A DNA stretch of 64,000 nt from Paraphysomonas bandaiensis (Eukaryota; Protista; Chrysophyceae). The DNA lies in contig CBFFRP010000046.1 in assembly GCA_965644295.1 (NCBI GenBank), positions 1-64,000 on the forward strand, read 5' to 3'. The translations under genes were made by a program, and so were the position numbers. Under the pieces are notes generated by a model. The model was not told where the DNA came from, did not search any database, and was given only the letters and a program-made list of their open reading frames with translations. Shown piece by piece: positions 51,501-64,000 of the stretch (position 1 is the first letter of the stretch; every line of letters starts with the position of its first letter).

Positions 51501-52910
51501 TACATGTTGTTCATCATCAATGTTTCTAATGAATGACAAAAACATGCTTGATTATCACACAAGCACATCTAAGGTAATCAATGGCTCAAAAAGAGGACCC
51601 GAAATTCATGTCACGAATGTGTGGGTTCCCGTGGGGCATGGAAAGATATTGAAATATTAGATCAGATCAATCGGTACCGGTGTTCCGGACGAAAGATAAA
51701 CGAGATGGAATATAGGTTCACGGTGCGATACAGCATTCAAATTTACATCAGTAATACTGATGAGCTGGTGCTGGAATGACCCGTGATAAATGGCATGACT
51801 GCTGTGCTAATACAGCAATTGTTGGAGCTCCTAGATGTATCAGCTACACCGAGTGATTATGAGATAAATCTAAGCGACAGAGCGGGTGAAGACGAGGTGG
51901 AACAGAGGAGCACATTCCTCATTCAGCAAACGTTCCCGTAGTCTTGTGATTTTTGACAGATCCGATATGTCCTGCTACTGCTGCTGTAGTTCTTTCAACA
52001 GTATTTCAAACCGTATTATATAATCCTTTGCATCTCCTCTGGAAGCATACGAAAAGAACCATACTGAGTTAACAGTTCACTGATCTTGTTCAGCTTCCCT
52101 CCAGCAAAACATTCTTCAACTCATCAATCATAGCATGTGCTTGAAACCTGTAGCTTCCACTTCCATCATGTTGAGTTTTGCTCAGAATTACAGCTTTTAA
52201 TTGCTTAGAGTACAGTAGTGGTTAATTGTATAATGAGAAGTAATGAGAACTGAATATATTATATTGACCATACAAGAAGATAGTAACGATATAATATCGT
52301 ACTAGAAATGAGTGGTAGTTGAGATAACGTGATATATTGTTCATTATATTTATTATAATCTTCCCTCATCTTAACTTGATTAATGAGTGAATACACGTCC
52401 AGTGAACTTAGTAAATCATCCAATTGTGTCAAAACTTGACACATCTGCCTTGAACCCTTTATGGAACAGATGGAACTTTTGAAGCGACTTCGAAGAAGAT
52501 TGCACTGTTTCCCTGTAATACGAATATGCTATGGCATTCGCCTTCCAGCATTCTTATGCGAGTTACGACCGTATAAAAATGGCAGACAACAGTTGTAGCG
52601 ACTTGTAGAATACGTAACCCCTTTATTATTGATCCTTAGATAGTGTGCCTTCATAATATTGCAATAAGCTTCTGTAATTTACGATACCAATGACTTCTAC
52701 TATCACTACACCGTTACATATCATCTCTGCTCTTAAAGGCCTGTCTGTAAGTATACTCCTCCATTAGCGTACGTGGCTGTAACCCGAAGTCGCTTTCCTT
52801 AGGTGGCGGTTTCACTCTGCTCCTATCTCATAAGGAATGTCTGAAAATCCTCGATCCATTGTTCAACGTTATTCTCGTTGACTCGTTGAACTGCGGAACT
52901 ACTCCTCTAT

Positions 52911-52999
52911 CCTCCTCGCTCTCTACCATGTTGAAGATTTCTCATTCTTAACTAGATCTCAGAGAGAATTAGTCGTTAGACTAGATAGATTAATTAATA
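52911..52999 (-). repeat. Truncated 5' LTR (52929-52999) and primer-binding site (52911-52928)
   Basis: The LTR end CAACA is followed directly by TGGTAGAGAGC, close to a tRNA-iMet-type PBS TGGTAGCAGAGC. Confidence 0.75.
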
Positions 53000-53292
53000 C
53001 ATATAATGATAGATACGACTAGGTTTATAACTAAAATTGACTAGGTTGAATAATTATTACTTTGACTAGAAAATTACACCAGTTTGACTAGGTTGAAAAA
53101 TATTTCCGTAATTACTTTGACTAGGCACTTACACCAAAAATAGTGTGACTAGGAAATTACACCAGTTTGACTAGGTTAATTAATATTTCCCGTAGAATAA
53201 TAGATAGCCATATAATTATTAGTTATTTCGGACACTTCAGTTCTTTACTCAAAACTACACCAAACTTTCCCATAACCACTCTTTGTTCAAAC

Positions 53293-56200
53293 TTATGATA
53301 CGTCCATGATAAGTGCAACTCCAGCCAACACCCACTTTGCAGGGTTTGCTTTAGTTTTTAACTGTGCACAGAATACAAATGTTGGTCCTCGGAAAACAGT
53401 TTTGTAACTTGGACACACATAAATTCCACTAGATGTTTCAGCTTTGTCTGCACCGATAGCTTTGACATTGATAATAGGCATTTTAAAGAACATTTCTTTC
53501 GGCTTAGATCGCTCCAAGACTGACGCTTGAACATCCCAGCGAGCACCCTGGATAAATAGTCCAATAATATACGCGCCATCTCTGGAGTGACTCTCAATCT
53601 CATCGACGCTGAACTTCTTGGTAACGTCTGTCCAAGTGACTAATTTATCCAACTCCCATTGATTCTTTTGGGCAGTCACTTGGCAAATAGCAGTCAAAAA
53701 AGACTGTGGATTCACAAAGCCTGATACCCACGTAACTTTCGGAATTTCCAATGGATTATTCTGCCATTCTTCGAGTTGCGTTAGTCGTTGAGTGAAATCC
53801 ATCAACCACGGAGCCAAGGTTCTCATAGAAGGCCAAGCAATTTTACCCCACGTGGAAGGGACTCTGTCCAAATAGAGCGAACTCTTCAATAGATCCATGG
53901 CATCGCTGATAGTTAATTCGCCTGCGAACCCTAGCATTAGCTCTTTGAGGGATCGCATTATCTCAGACAACAATCTATTCATGACATCCATCTCCTGCAA
54001 AAATACATTCTGATATGGTCCTTGCTCCTCAAGACTTCGAGAAATGTCTTCTGTATCAAATTTCTTCTCAGAAAATCTTTCAATAATATCCAAAGTAACA
54101 TTTTGAGATATTTCATCAGGAGACATCGCACCTTCTCCAGTGGCAGCATCACGAGGCTGTAACTCCAAAATTGTCGCCAAAATTTTGTTCGACTGTGTCG
54201 TACGAAAATCTATTTCAGCGTTAGGATGCAACCCAAAAGCGATTGGGGTATCTTGTGTTAGTTGTGTGTCAATATGCTCGAGGTACTTGTCGTATGACGT
54301 GGGTGATGGGCACATGAAAGATAGTCCTTTCTCTTCGTCATTGAAAGGAAACATCTCGGTTTCATCAAGGAGCTCTTCTTTCATGAAAAACTCTAAGTAT
54401 GTATTTGCAAGACATCTGTCAAAGTCGTTCACAATATGTCCACCGTACATAATTTCACCAAATATGTAACGGAGATCAGCCCAAGGAATCTTCCCGCCAC
54501 CGGAATTCTCCATGTAGTTAGCGAGAACAACAGCAGAATCACGTAGATCACCAATGCTAAATGGGTACATCATATTGAAACCCATGGGTCCATATTGCTT
54601 TCTCTCAAGCATAATCGCGTGGAAGTGGCACAATCCAAACAAAATGCTCTTCATCTTAGAATCACACTCCTCAAACTGTTCTTTGTTAAGCGACGCGAAT
54701 GCTCGCTTAATATTTGCTCTAAGACCAGCGGGAGGTTCATTCGTAATTTTAATACAGCGATTCAGCAAACCAATAGGGATAGAATTGGCAGGATCAGATG
54801 ACAAAAAGAGTCTAAACTTTTTGTGTGAACCTTCAAGCGCGAATTCATCGAGTTTCTTTTCCAGTTCAATGAGCCAATTAGGCATCAGATGAATATTATT
54901 CAACACCACCCAATGACCCTGACGGTGAGCCATTTCTAAGTTTCTCATCGCCACGACATCTTGACCTTGACCCATGGATACATTGTGGTAACTTTCACCA
55001 TACACTAGTCCATATTTGACAGCCAGTGTATCAAGATCTCCCATGACATTAGCACCAGGCGATAAGATAAAGTATATGGGGACCGCAGGGGTAGAATCGC
55101 TTAGACAGCTGTCTAAGATATCTACACTACTAAGGGCAGCATCACATTCAGCATACGCTGGACCGTCAGGAAGAACGCTTCGAATGAAATCCAGAAGACA
55201 GGTGGCAATGCGATCCGGTCGCAAGCAACGAACAACAAGCATTTTCTGGAAAGGGACTCGGTCCAATCCAGCCCAATCAAGAGGCAATTTCTCGTTTTCT
55301 GGTGTAATGTGGTTAAACCACTCACGGAAACGTGGTGCAGCCTCAACCAAATCAGACGTGAATTTATTGAACTGTTCTATATCAGACAATGCCAAGCATG
55401 ATTCCCAAGATGATTTCGGAATCCAATCGATAGGGTTTTCTTCACCAATTTTTCTCGTACCCCTCAACAAGAATTGGAACATTGCTTCGTCCAATATATT
55501 TTCTTCGCCTAAAATACCACGCTTCATTAGATTGAATGTCAACTGTGCCAAGAATATTAACTTGTGCCGTACAAATAATCCTCTACTGACAAAAGTATAA
55601 ATCGTTATTCGCAAGCTAGCCCGTAACAAAAGCACCCGCTCGTTAATATTGTCGTTGGGCTCACAACGCTCAATGGATTTGTAAAAGAACGTTACAAAAC
55701 TGTCTAAACTGTATTGATACTGCGAAAAACGAATTAGATCTATAAAAGAAAAACACATACACTTACCATATGTTCAATAGCACACAACTTCGTTAACAGA
55801 AAGTACAACATAGCACCTTCCGAAGCTGCGGGACGGTATATTTCTCGTGCTAAGTTAATTTCAATTTCAGTTTTCTTTCCCTCGTCCACGGCAATTCCAA
55901 TTTCAACGGCGGCAGCTTTAGTTGCTTCGAGTCCTTCGATAAGAGGAACATCACTGAGAATGTCTTCAGGAGCATTCGCAAGACGCTCGAGCAAATCATC
56001 TTCCAACTGTACAAGTTGAATTTTATACTGCTGGAAAGCGGCTTGAAGGGCTTGCGCCTTCTCCTCAAGTTCTGGTCTTTCTGCTCCTACGACCTTAGCC
56101 AAAAGTTGATCTTCCAATCCACGCTCGGTTGCAATGAAGTTAATGATGGTACATTGTGCTGCGATTTCAGGTTTGTAGTGGGGGTTGCTGAGCTTGGTTT

Positions 56201-59200
56201 GCAGGTAGAGCTGGAACCCTGAATCGTATTCTACTTCTTCTCCACCAAACCGCAAGTACATGTTTCTTCCCTTCTTATATATTGCACGAGATAAAACAGG
56301 ATCCATCGTTGCATCGATATCAACTTGAATATTTTCAATGATAATAGTGTGTCCATTTGTAATAGCTTGCTCAACTTTCCTTTGCCAACCTTTCTGGTTA
56401 AGCTGGAAGACTTGGAGCCCATGATCCTCTTCTTTTTGTCGCAGCCACTTGATACCTTGTTGTTGGGGATCAATAAGGAGAGGCCAACGCTTACAGTTGG
56501 TGATAATGGATCCATTTTCAATTGAAATTCTATCTGCTGGCAGGCCTTCAGAAATCATTTTAGCGTTATTACCATCCGTCGTAAGCATTGCCAAGGGGTC
56601 AATATTCGGCGTGAGTGGAATCTGTTTCTCAATTAAGTCAGGAGTCCATACCTGTTTCCACAAAATATCACGATTTTCTTGATCGAAAGCCCCGACATAC
56701 GATACGAAACCAGACGCAAGCATACAATCGCCAATTAATGTCGTAGAAGCATCACGCAGGACTTCAATTTCTCGGCCCCAGCGTTCATTCTCTGACGAAA
56801 GGCCACCTACTAGTCTCTCCGCGAGGCCAAGACGAGCTTTGCCAGCAGCGGCCTGAGCTTCCACCTCTGCCTTCTCTTCGGTAGCCGTTGTAAATTTCTC
56901 ACCCAAAACCCGCAACTTCTCATCACATGCTGCTACAACAGCATTCGCTGCTGCGAGAGAAGCCTCGGCAGCGGCTTTACTCGCCCTAGCCTCTTCAAGA
57001 GAGTCCATAAGAGGTTTAACCTTTACATAAATTCTATTGAAGCTATAGATATTCACGACCCATGTACAAAGATTAGCAGCTGCCATTGACTTGCTTTCCA
57101 TAATCTTCGGATCAAATAATTCGTTGGCAAGGTACGGCTCTAGCCTCTTCACATCATCTTCAGTCATTTCCTCACCTCTGTATTGAACGAGTTTTTGCTT
57201 GAATTGGTCAACATTAGCCATCATCTTCTTAGCCCTATCCCACTTAAAATTCTTGTATTCCTTCTCAATTAGAATCAAAACGGTGCTCGTAATAAGATCA
57301 ACACCAGCTGGGGGTGATGATAATGACTTCAGCTCTGTCAACATATTCTTGCTCAAACAATCTACAGCATCCTTCGCTCTTTCCATGGCAGGTTTTGCTT
57401 GTGCAAGTTCAGCTTCGGCCTGTTCCTCTATTACAGCAGCTTTTGCAGATGCTTCAGCTGCTTTTTCAGCTTCAATTCCCGCCTGAGTATTCTGAACGTC
57501 TGCATCAGCTTTCTGTACACCAATTTCTTCAATGAGAACATCAGTTGCAACTTGTTTTTCAGCGACAATCTCCATCCTGTGATTCAAATCGACCTGCAGC
57601 TCGGCAACATCTGCTGCAGTCTTTCGAAGTGTTGACAAACCAACATCCAAACGATCAATTAGACGCTGCATGTCTGCCCGTTTGAGATCAAGTAAGTACT
57701 TATAGAATCCTATTAATTCTAGATAGGATTTTGGCGTTACATAATTGTATCTTCCTTGTGTTTCCAAGTACTTCGCAGAAGCATGGGTTACAGATAAGTG
57801 TTCTTCCGCCATGTGCACGGCCAGAGCAGAGCGGATAGCAGGTGCAGGCAGCTCAACTTCGTCCAAAAACTTCTCTGCGACGCTGATAAGAGCATCACGA
57901 GGCCATGGATGGAAGAAGTCAATGGCCGTGTTCATAATCAATGCTGGGAAACGACGGGCACGCACACGGAATGTATCACCGACAGGAGAAAAGCAGAGCA
58001 CAACGTGTAAATTAGTTCGAACGCGGGATATCAAGAATTCAAGCATGGCATCTGGCAAATCTGGAATTCCACAAGCTTTGGCCTCGTTTCTTAAGTTTCC
58101 GAGCATTGCATCAATTTCATCCTTGGCAAATAAACCAGATATCCAACCTGATGCTAATATCGCATTGATATATATTAGGAATCTATCATCCACAACTTGT
58201 GTATCGGTCATCAAAAACACCATTGGGACACCTTTAACTCCGGCTAATTTGAACATATCTTTAAACGCCTCCAGAAGGTCATCAACCTTGAATGATCCAG
58301 TGATCTGCAATTGCTTGACCTCAAAGTTACATATATACGCAGACAGGCGCGATAAACTCTGCTTTCCGCTACCACCAACTCCAATAAGCATTGCATTGCC
58401 AGCAGGGTTGTAAATAATTCTTGATATTCTGCATACATGTTGAACAGCTTGGTTAAATAAAACTAAATCCATCATTGCATAGGTTTCGTTATAGTCGGCA
58501 AGCTTTGAATCTAGAGTCTTCTTAACATCTTCGATTGAGGTAGCCTTCTTGTAGGCACCAGTAGTTGAATTCGCAAACGTCGTATATATAGCTTCTGTTG
58601 CGAGGAAGTCATCTGCATTCGTCACGCCCAAACTCTTTTTCAATGTATCTCTCAGTAGACCTTCATACACTTCAAGCTCATTGATAAAGAAAAATCTATC
58701 GGAAATAACACGGGCCATTTCATGTATCCACAGCGAAATAACATCTGACATTGTGTGATAATCTTCACTTCTCATCAAGCAAATCCCTTGGAATATGTTA
58801 GTAAGTTCCCTCAACGACCAGTTATATGTAAACTTCACAGCAGATGGCAAAAATTTCTTGCTAACTTCGTTGTACAAGCTCAATGCTGCTTCAACAATCT
58901 TGTCAACACCATCAACGATTGGCTGATCAAAACCTTGCACATGACCAGCCATCAAAGATCTGAAAATGATGGTCATATCTTGATTAGAAGGCATAAGACA
59001 AGCAAACGTGGCAAAGTGTCGTTGTGCACGCTCGCATATTTCGAATGAACCAGTTGTAGGGTTCATGGCAGCCATATACTGAATATCAACAAGTTCTTTC
59101 CGTAACCCCAAATCAGATCTGTCAAATATATTTCCATAACTCATGTGCTGCGTCAACAAGGCAATAGCATTCTGTGTTCCATAAGTCTCCAGGTAGGGAA

Positions 59201-62200
59201 GATTGATGTCGTCAATGAAAACAATTAGTCTCTTAGTGGCTGGAGGACCATAGCGACGACCAGATCTCTTGTCAATGGGAAGCTCGAGATCACCCTGTAA
59301 GCGTTTCGAATCGGTATAGTACGACATATTTATCGTGTTAGTCAAAAATCCATCAACATCTTTATCTAATGATCCAAGATACTGTGATATTATTGATGTC
59401 TTCCCCGATCCGCTACCAACGAGCATACAATAACGACCTTTTCGAGCTAAGAGATCCATCAAATGAGTTGTTCGTACTGTGTCCGATGTTGGTACAAATA
59501 ACTGCGAAAATGGCGTCTCACCGGGACCTCCTCCAATAGGAATCGGCGTATATTCAGGAACTTTACCGCTCCATTCAATGAATTGTCCGTCGTTAACTGA
59601 ATAAACGTAGTCAAAGCACGTTGCTTCCTTAGGAAATTTCTGCCCAAACGTAGTATTGAAATTCTCGCTAAAAAACTTCCTGAAATCACCACCTTTGTCA
59701 ACGACCATAGGACCTCCGAACGCCCAGGCAACGCAATATATGAATAAATTTTCAATGACCTCGTGGGACTTCTTATCATATGGAACATTTTCCAACAACG
59801 CCTCAAGAAGATATACTACTGTGCTGACTTTATTCAGCAAATAAAGAGGAGTACATTCCTTGAACCCTTTCCTTACCATTTCGTTGGTGCCGTCAATGTA
59901 TTTTTCAAACAGCCCTGGAAGATACGATTTTTCATTTCCACTTGGGTCAACTCCTTTCTCCTCACGCTTATTCATCCAACTATCTACAAATGGCCGCCAC
60001 CCAACGTCGGTTTCATTGATATATAAAATTCCTGCTCTAGATACTGTTGCAGGCGTCGCATTTTTCAAAGAGTTGATTTCGAATACCATCCTCATGGCGT
60101 CACTCAATGGAATGCGTTCGTTAGATACCAATGTGAGCACTTTGTTGTCATCCATAACTGTATTCATACTTTCGATCCACACTGCGTCAATATCCCCATC
60201 AAGAACAACCCACTTATAAGTTTGATATTCATGAAAGCCTTGATCACTGATGTTCTTTGCCATTCCACGCATGATGATGGAGAGGACACCATCCTTCCAG
60301 TCCTTGGCAAGAGTCATATAACCATAAAGTTCATCACCAGTAACCGATTTCGGATTTACAGTTTCAAACACACATGTTCGTTTTGGTTTATATGCCTCCT
60401 TCTCAGTATCCCAGTTATGCGCATTGACAAGAGTTTTCCATATAGTTGTTTTACCACAACCGGTGGGTCCAAGCAACATAACAGAGTGTCGGACATCTAA
60501 TAGCTCTTGAAACTGCAAAACTTTCAGAGTGAAAGTCTCATCGGTTTGGTACTTCTCATGCTTTGTGACAGTTTGGATTATTTTTCTCAGATTGTCATCA
60601 ACTTTGGAAGGTACATCAAGCCCCATAAATAAATCTGCAATTAGACGCAAGAAAATAGGAGTATCGTTGGCAGGAATTTTCGGTGTGTTAAAATCACGAA
60701 GAGCTCGCATAAGTAGAGCTGCCTCATCAGTACCAGGTTCACCACGTTTAAGGGCACCAGCTACACGCAAGACAGACTTTACAGCACGTAGACCCCAGTC
60801 GTAATGAGCCTGTTTAGACAGTAATTCCGATGAAAGTTCATAAAGGGTAACAAACTTAATAGCAAGGATACGTGCTCCCTGAAAACCTTCGGACATAAGC
60901 ATATTTTCACAAATAGGTTTCAAGTCAGGGCGAATCATTGCACATGATCGGAAAAGAGCCTTAAGGTTCTCAGGAAGCTCCGTTCTCCCAGCATATCCAG
61001 GATTCATAGTAATAAACATACCAACGGTGGGAACAAGAGATATGACATCTCCTTCAAAAAAGAATTCGCCAATTTTAACCGGTGGTAATCCGGATGGAAG
61101 GTGCTGATATTCTGGGTCTCTGTTGGCAACAACAGAAAATTTCTTGACGTAATCCTGCACGACCTTCACTTGAGTTGCCACAACTGATAAAACCTCAATG
61201 GAAATACGGTTAAACTCGTCAAAACAACCCCATGATCCAGTCTGAGCTAGCCCTCTGAAAATGTCTGCCATCGTCTTGTAGTTCATTTGATCAGAGCAAT
61301 TGAATACATAACATGGTAGGGCCAATGCGCGTGCAAGATCCTTAGTCGTTTCGGTCTTTCCGGTTCCAGCTGGACCAGCTGGAGCACCTCCTAGAAAGAG
61401 ACGCAACCCCATAGAGAGCGTCACATAGCACCTGTCCGTAAGCGGTGTAATTACAAGACGGCCTGTGTTGCCGATCCATTCATAGAAGTACTTCGTTCTG
61501 AAATCACAAATTCGTATTTCTGTGTCCATCGTTGATGGGACCCAATAGAAACGCAACTGTTGCTGCCATAAAAATGCTTCCAAACCTTCAACTTTATCAT
61601 CAATGAGTTTCTGAACAACATCTCTAGCATGCACATCTAGAGTAATAATAGTAATTACTTTCACACGATCTCCTTTGGAAAGTTGTCCCAACACAAGCTT
61701 AATGAGCTCTTGCAGGCGCTGATCACAAACTCCAAGGTGGCGCTTCACTGCATCCTCCTGCCCGCCAGCTAGGTCCTCGAGAGCATTCTCTGATTCCTCA
61801 GTCCAGTAGATCTGAGTCGCCGTGACCACTGTTTGTGCAGGATAAAAAAAGAGCCACTCATGTCGGGCTTTGTCAACCTCCCAATTGGCAGCAGTGTTGT
61901 ATCCATCCAACAGTTTCATTTTCAACGTGTACCTCATTGCCTCAGTTAAGTTATTCAGATATCTTTCTACTTCGCCTTCAAGAACAAACTCTTCATACAT
62001 CATTAACCTCTCTTTGTCCTTCGCGATCATTTCGTTAACAACCTTCGTACTAGTGTTACCAGCTTCGTCGGTGACAAATACAAGGTTGTTAAGTGCATCG
62101 TAGCAATCACCTAGGTATTTCATTATTTTAGGTGGGTTCGTACCGTTGGCAAGCATATCCAGCAATGCCACATTGGACACAAAATAAAAACGAGGGAAAA

Positions 62201-64000
62201 TCTTCTTTTTCTGGTCTAGATATTCATTGAGGGATTTCTGACACTGGTCCAAACGACTCATAGTACTCATTAGGAGCTCCTGCCTTCCATCCGCAGAACA
62301 CACATTTATTACATTTGGTTCTGTAACAGCTTCCTTCATGAGTTCTTTAAACTCGGAATCCAACCCTTCGAAACGCTTTGTGTCATCAGGTAGTTGGGAA
62401 CGAATATCCGCTGATGCAAGGAAAATGCTCTCCAGTGCAGCCCATGATCTGGAGACGTTAACCCAAACCTTAAGAACATCTTCCACTGTTCCAAGTGTAC
62501 TTTGCCATTGCAACACACGATCGCGGAAGAAGTCTACAAACTTGCCCATGCCTATCATGGTTTGCAGTTCCAGCTGATGAGTTTCTAGGCCTTCAATGAC
62601 TTCTTCAGATGGACGAATGAGCATCATTTCACTATCGTTATGAGGAACGTAGTCCAAAACCATTGTACGCCAAAGGGTTTCAATATCTTTAAGCTTTCTT
62701 TCAATTTTGAGCTCTTTGCTCGCTGTCTCGACGACTTCCTCAATGTCTTCGGCATATTTATGGATGCCGATTTTGACAATATCTTCGAATGTGAACTTTG
62801 GGTCGTGAGGGTCAATATTTTTGACATTGCAAACTTTTGCCACCTGCTTCCAGTGACGGTCACGCATAGCAGCACTGTGCAGATCGTTCACCAAAGGAAG
62901 CACTATACCCATGTTCTTAATAGTTTCCTCAATGGAGCGGTATACTGCCCATCCCTTCACGACAGGAGTTTCGTTAGCCATTTTACGGAGGGATTTGAGG
63001 AGAGACTTCGTAACATCCTCGAGATTATCGGTATTAATATCTGCCCACAACAAGGAATTCCAACTCTCAAATGTCGTGAGTACCAATGACTTCATGTCCC
63101 ACACATACTTCAGCAATCTCAGCTCAGTACGAGTGTCACCCGTCTCTGGGTACTTCGATACTTGCAACTCAAAGAGCTCTTCCAACTCGTTGAACTTCTT
63201 AGCCTCCTCCTCTTTCTTTACCAGTTCGTTAGCATGGAAATCCATCATTTTGTAAGCCTCAGAGGGAGAACCAGTGAAAGTGAAAGGAGCATCCTTCCTA
63301 AAGTTGTTGCGGAACTCGCGAATAGACAAGTAAAACTCTTCAAGAGACACCTTCAGTGACTCCACCTCTCTATTCTGCATAGGCAAGATCTCTTCTTTCT
63401 TCTTAAACGTCTTCTTTACAACAGCATCCCATGCCATAGGGGCATCATCCAGGTAGTCTTGTACAGGAATATCACCAATGTTGGGAATAGATGAAATCTC
63501 AACACCGTGAGCTTTCATTGTATTCAATGTATCCTGCAGAGGCTCGAACATTTCTTCTGTTATATCCATCGCCTTGCGCACATCTCGAATATCTTCCATG
63601 ACTGTCATCAAAGCACTCTTTCCAGCCGCACCCTCTTCGACTTCAATATCCAAGCCCTTATTAACCTGGGCCATAAATCCATCCAGAGTAGTAAGTTTTT
63701 CAACCAATGTCGTCTTCAAACAACTAATGAACATCTCAATCCATCTTGACGTCCACGTCATGAGTTGCGACTTAATAGGTTGAGTGTTGATGCGGAGCCA
63801 CCCAACATCCATCGGCGATTGTAACTTGTGAATACTATCGCGAATACCTTCATACTTTACAAGGGCGGCATCGAATTTCTTTAGATCCAACAAACTTTGC
63901 CCATTCTCAGTAACAATCTGGGCATCCTCTTTAAACTCAGCAAAGAAGACGGGTAACTCAGTACTCCAGAGGTAACTATGCCGATCGTACTCCGCCTTTA
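53293..64000 (-). CDS. Axonemal outer-arm dynein heavy chain (beta-type, DNAH9/11/17 / ODA4-like), 5' end outside the window; single intron 55720-55766
   Basis: FPRFYFVS, RLVITPLTDRC, AAA1 GPAGTGKT, WGCFDEFNR, FITMNPGYAGRTELPENLK, AAA2 GPTGCGKT, AAA4 GVGGSGKQS, stalk, C-terminal WVLAGVAL. The frame is open to the window edge. Confidence 0.97.

Larger units (their letters stand above)
48256..52999 (-). mobile_element. Degenerate Ty1/Copia LTR retrotransposon
   Basis: Order integrase (QSGLPPQFWLDAY..LIRLPT), RT (FKARLVALG, KALYELR, FPYWRIIG), RNase H (FSDSDWAGD, QTTVATSSMESEY, HKRSKHVDIKYHWVRD), with many stops and frameshifts. LTR homology between 48256-48330 and 52929-52999. Confidence 0.92.
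47707..53195. mobile_element. Second copy of the GACTAG TIR family, split by nested insertions
   Basis: 47720-47787 is an imperfect inverted repeat of 53119-53185. GACTAGG units are reiterated at 53017-53175. Confidence 0.65.

Noticed and set aside
54140-63783. Numerous plus-strand ORFs opposite dynein, and antisense ORFs in other genes
   Set aside because: Shadow frames of real coding sequence with no motifs.

Overview
Eukaryotic nuclear DNA in the standard genetic code. It is gene-dense with many short (~45-70 nt) GT-AG introns, and is most consistent with a flagellated stramenopile (ochrophyte/chrysophyte-like; inference). Protein genes in order: PDZ+TBC Rab-GAP, ankyrin-DHHC palmitoyltransferase, ISWI remodeller with extra HMG/winged-helix modules, lipoyl synthase, a small 4-TM protein, an EF-hand mitochondrial ATP-Mg/Pi carrier, UNC-45, a short MANF/ARMET-like protein, mitochondrial IF2, a secreted choloylglycine-hydrolase-family Ntn hydrolase, a tandem-MAPR cytochrome b5 protein, a LamG+SEL1 protein, a RIX1/PELP1-like protein and a 5'-truncated outer-arm dynein heavy chain. 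There is a small Pol III cluster (tRNA pseudogene, two 5S rRNA genes and a 5S fragment). Mobile DNA comprises a young hAT deletion derivative with an 8-bp TSD, a MITE, a TIR family with two copies, and a degenerate Copia nested in one of those copies. The main finding is absent from the ORF track: a decayed CryptonS-type tyrosine-recombinase transposon between two long (TATG)n arrays in a divergent promoter, carrying repeated 14-15-bp inverted motifs at its ends. All protein assignments come from motif recognition by eye, not database searches. Coordinates of spliced genes are hand-built models.
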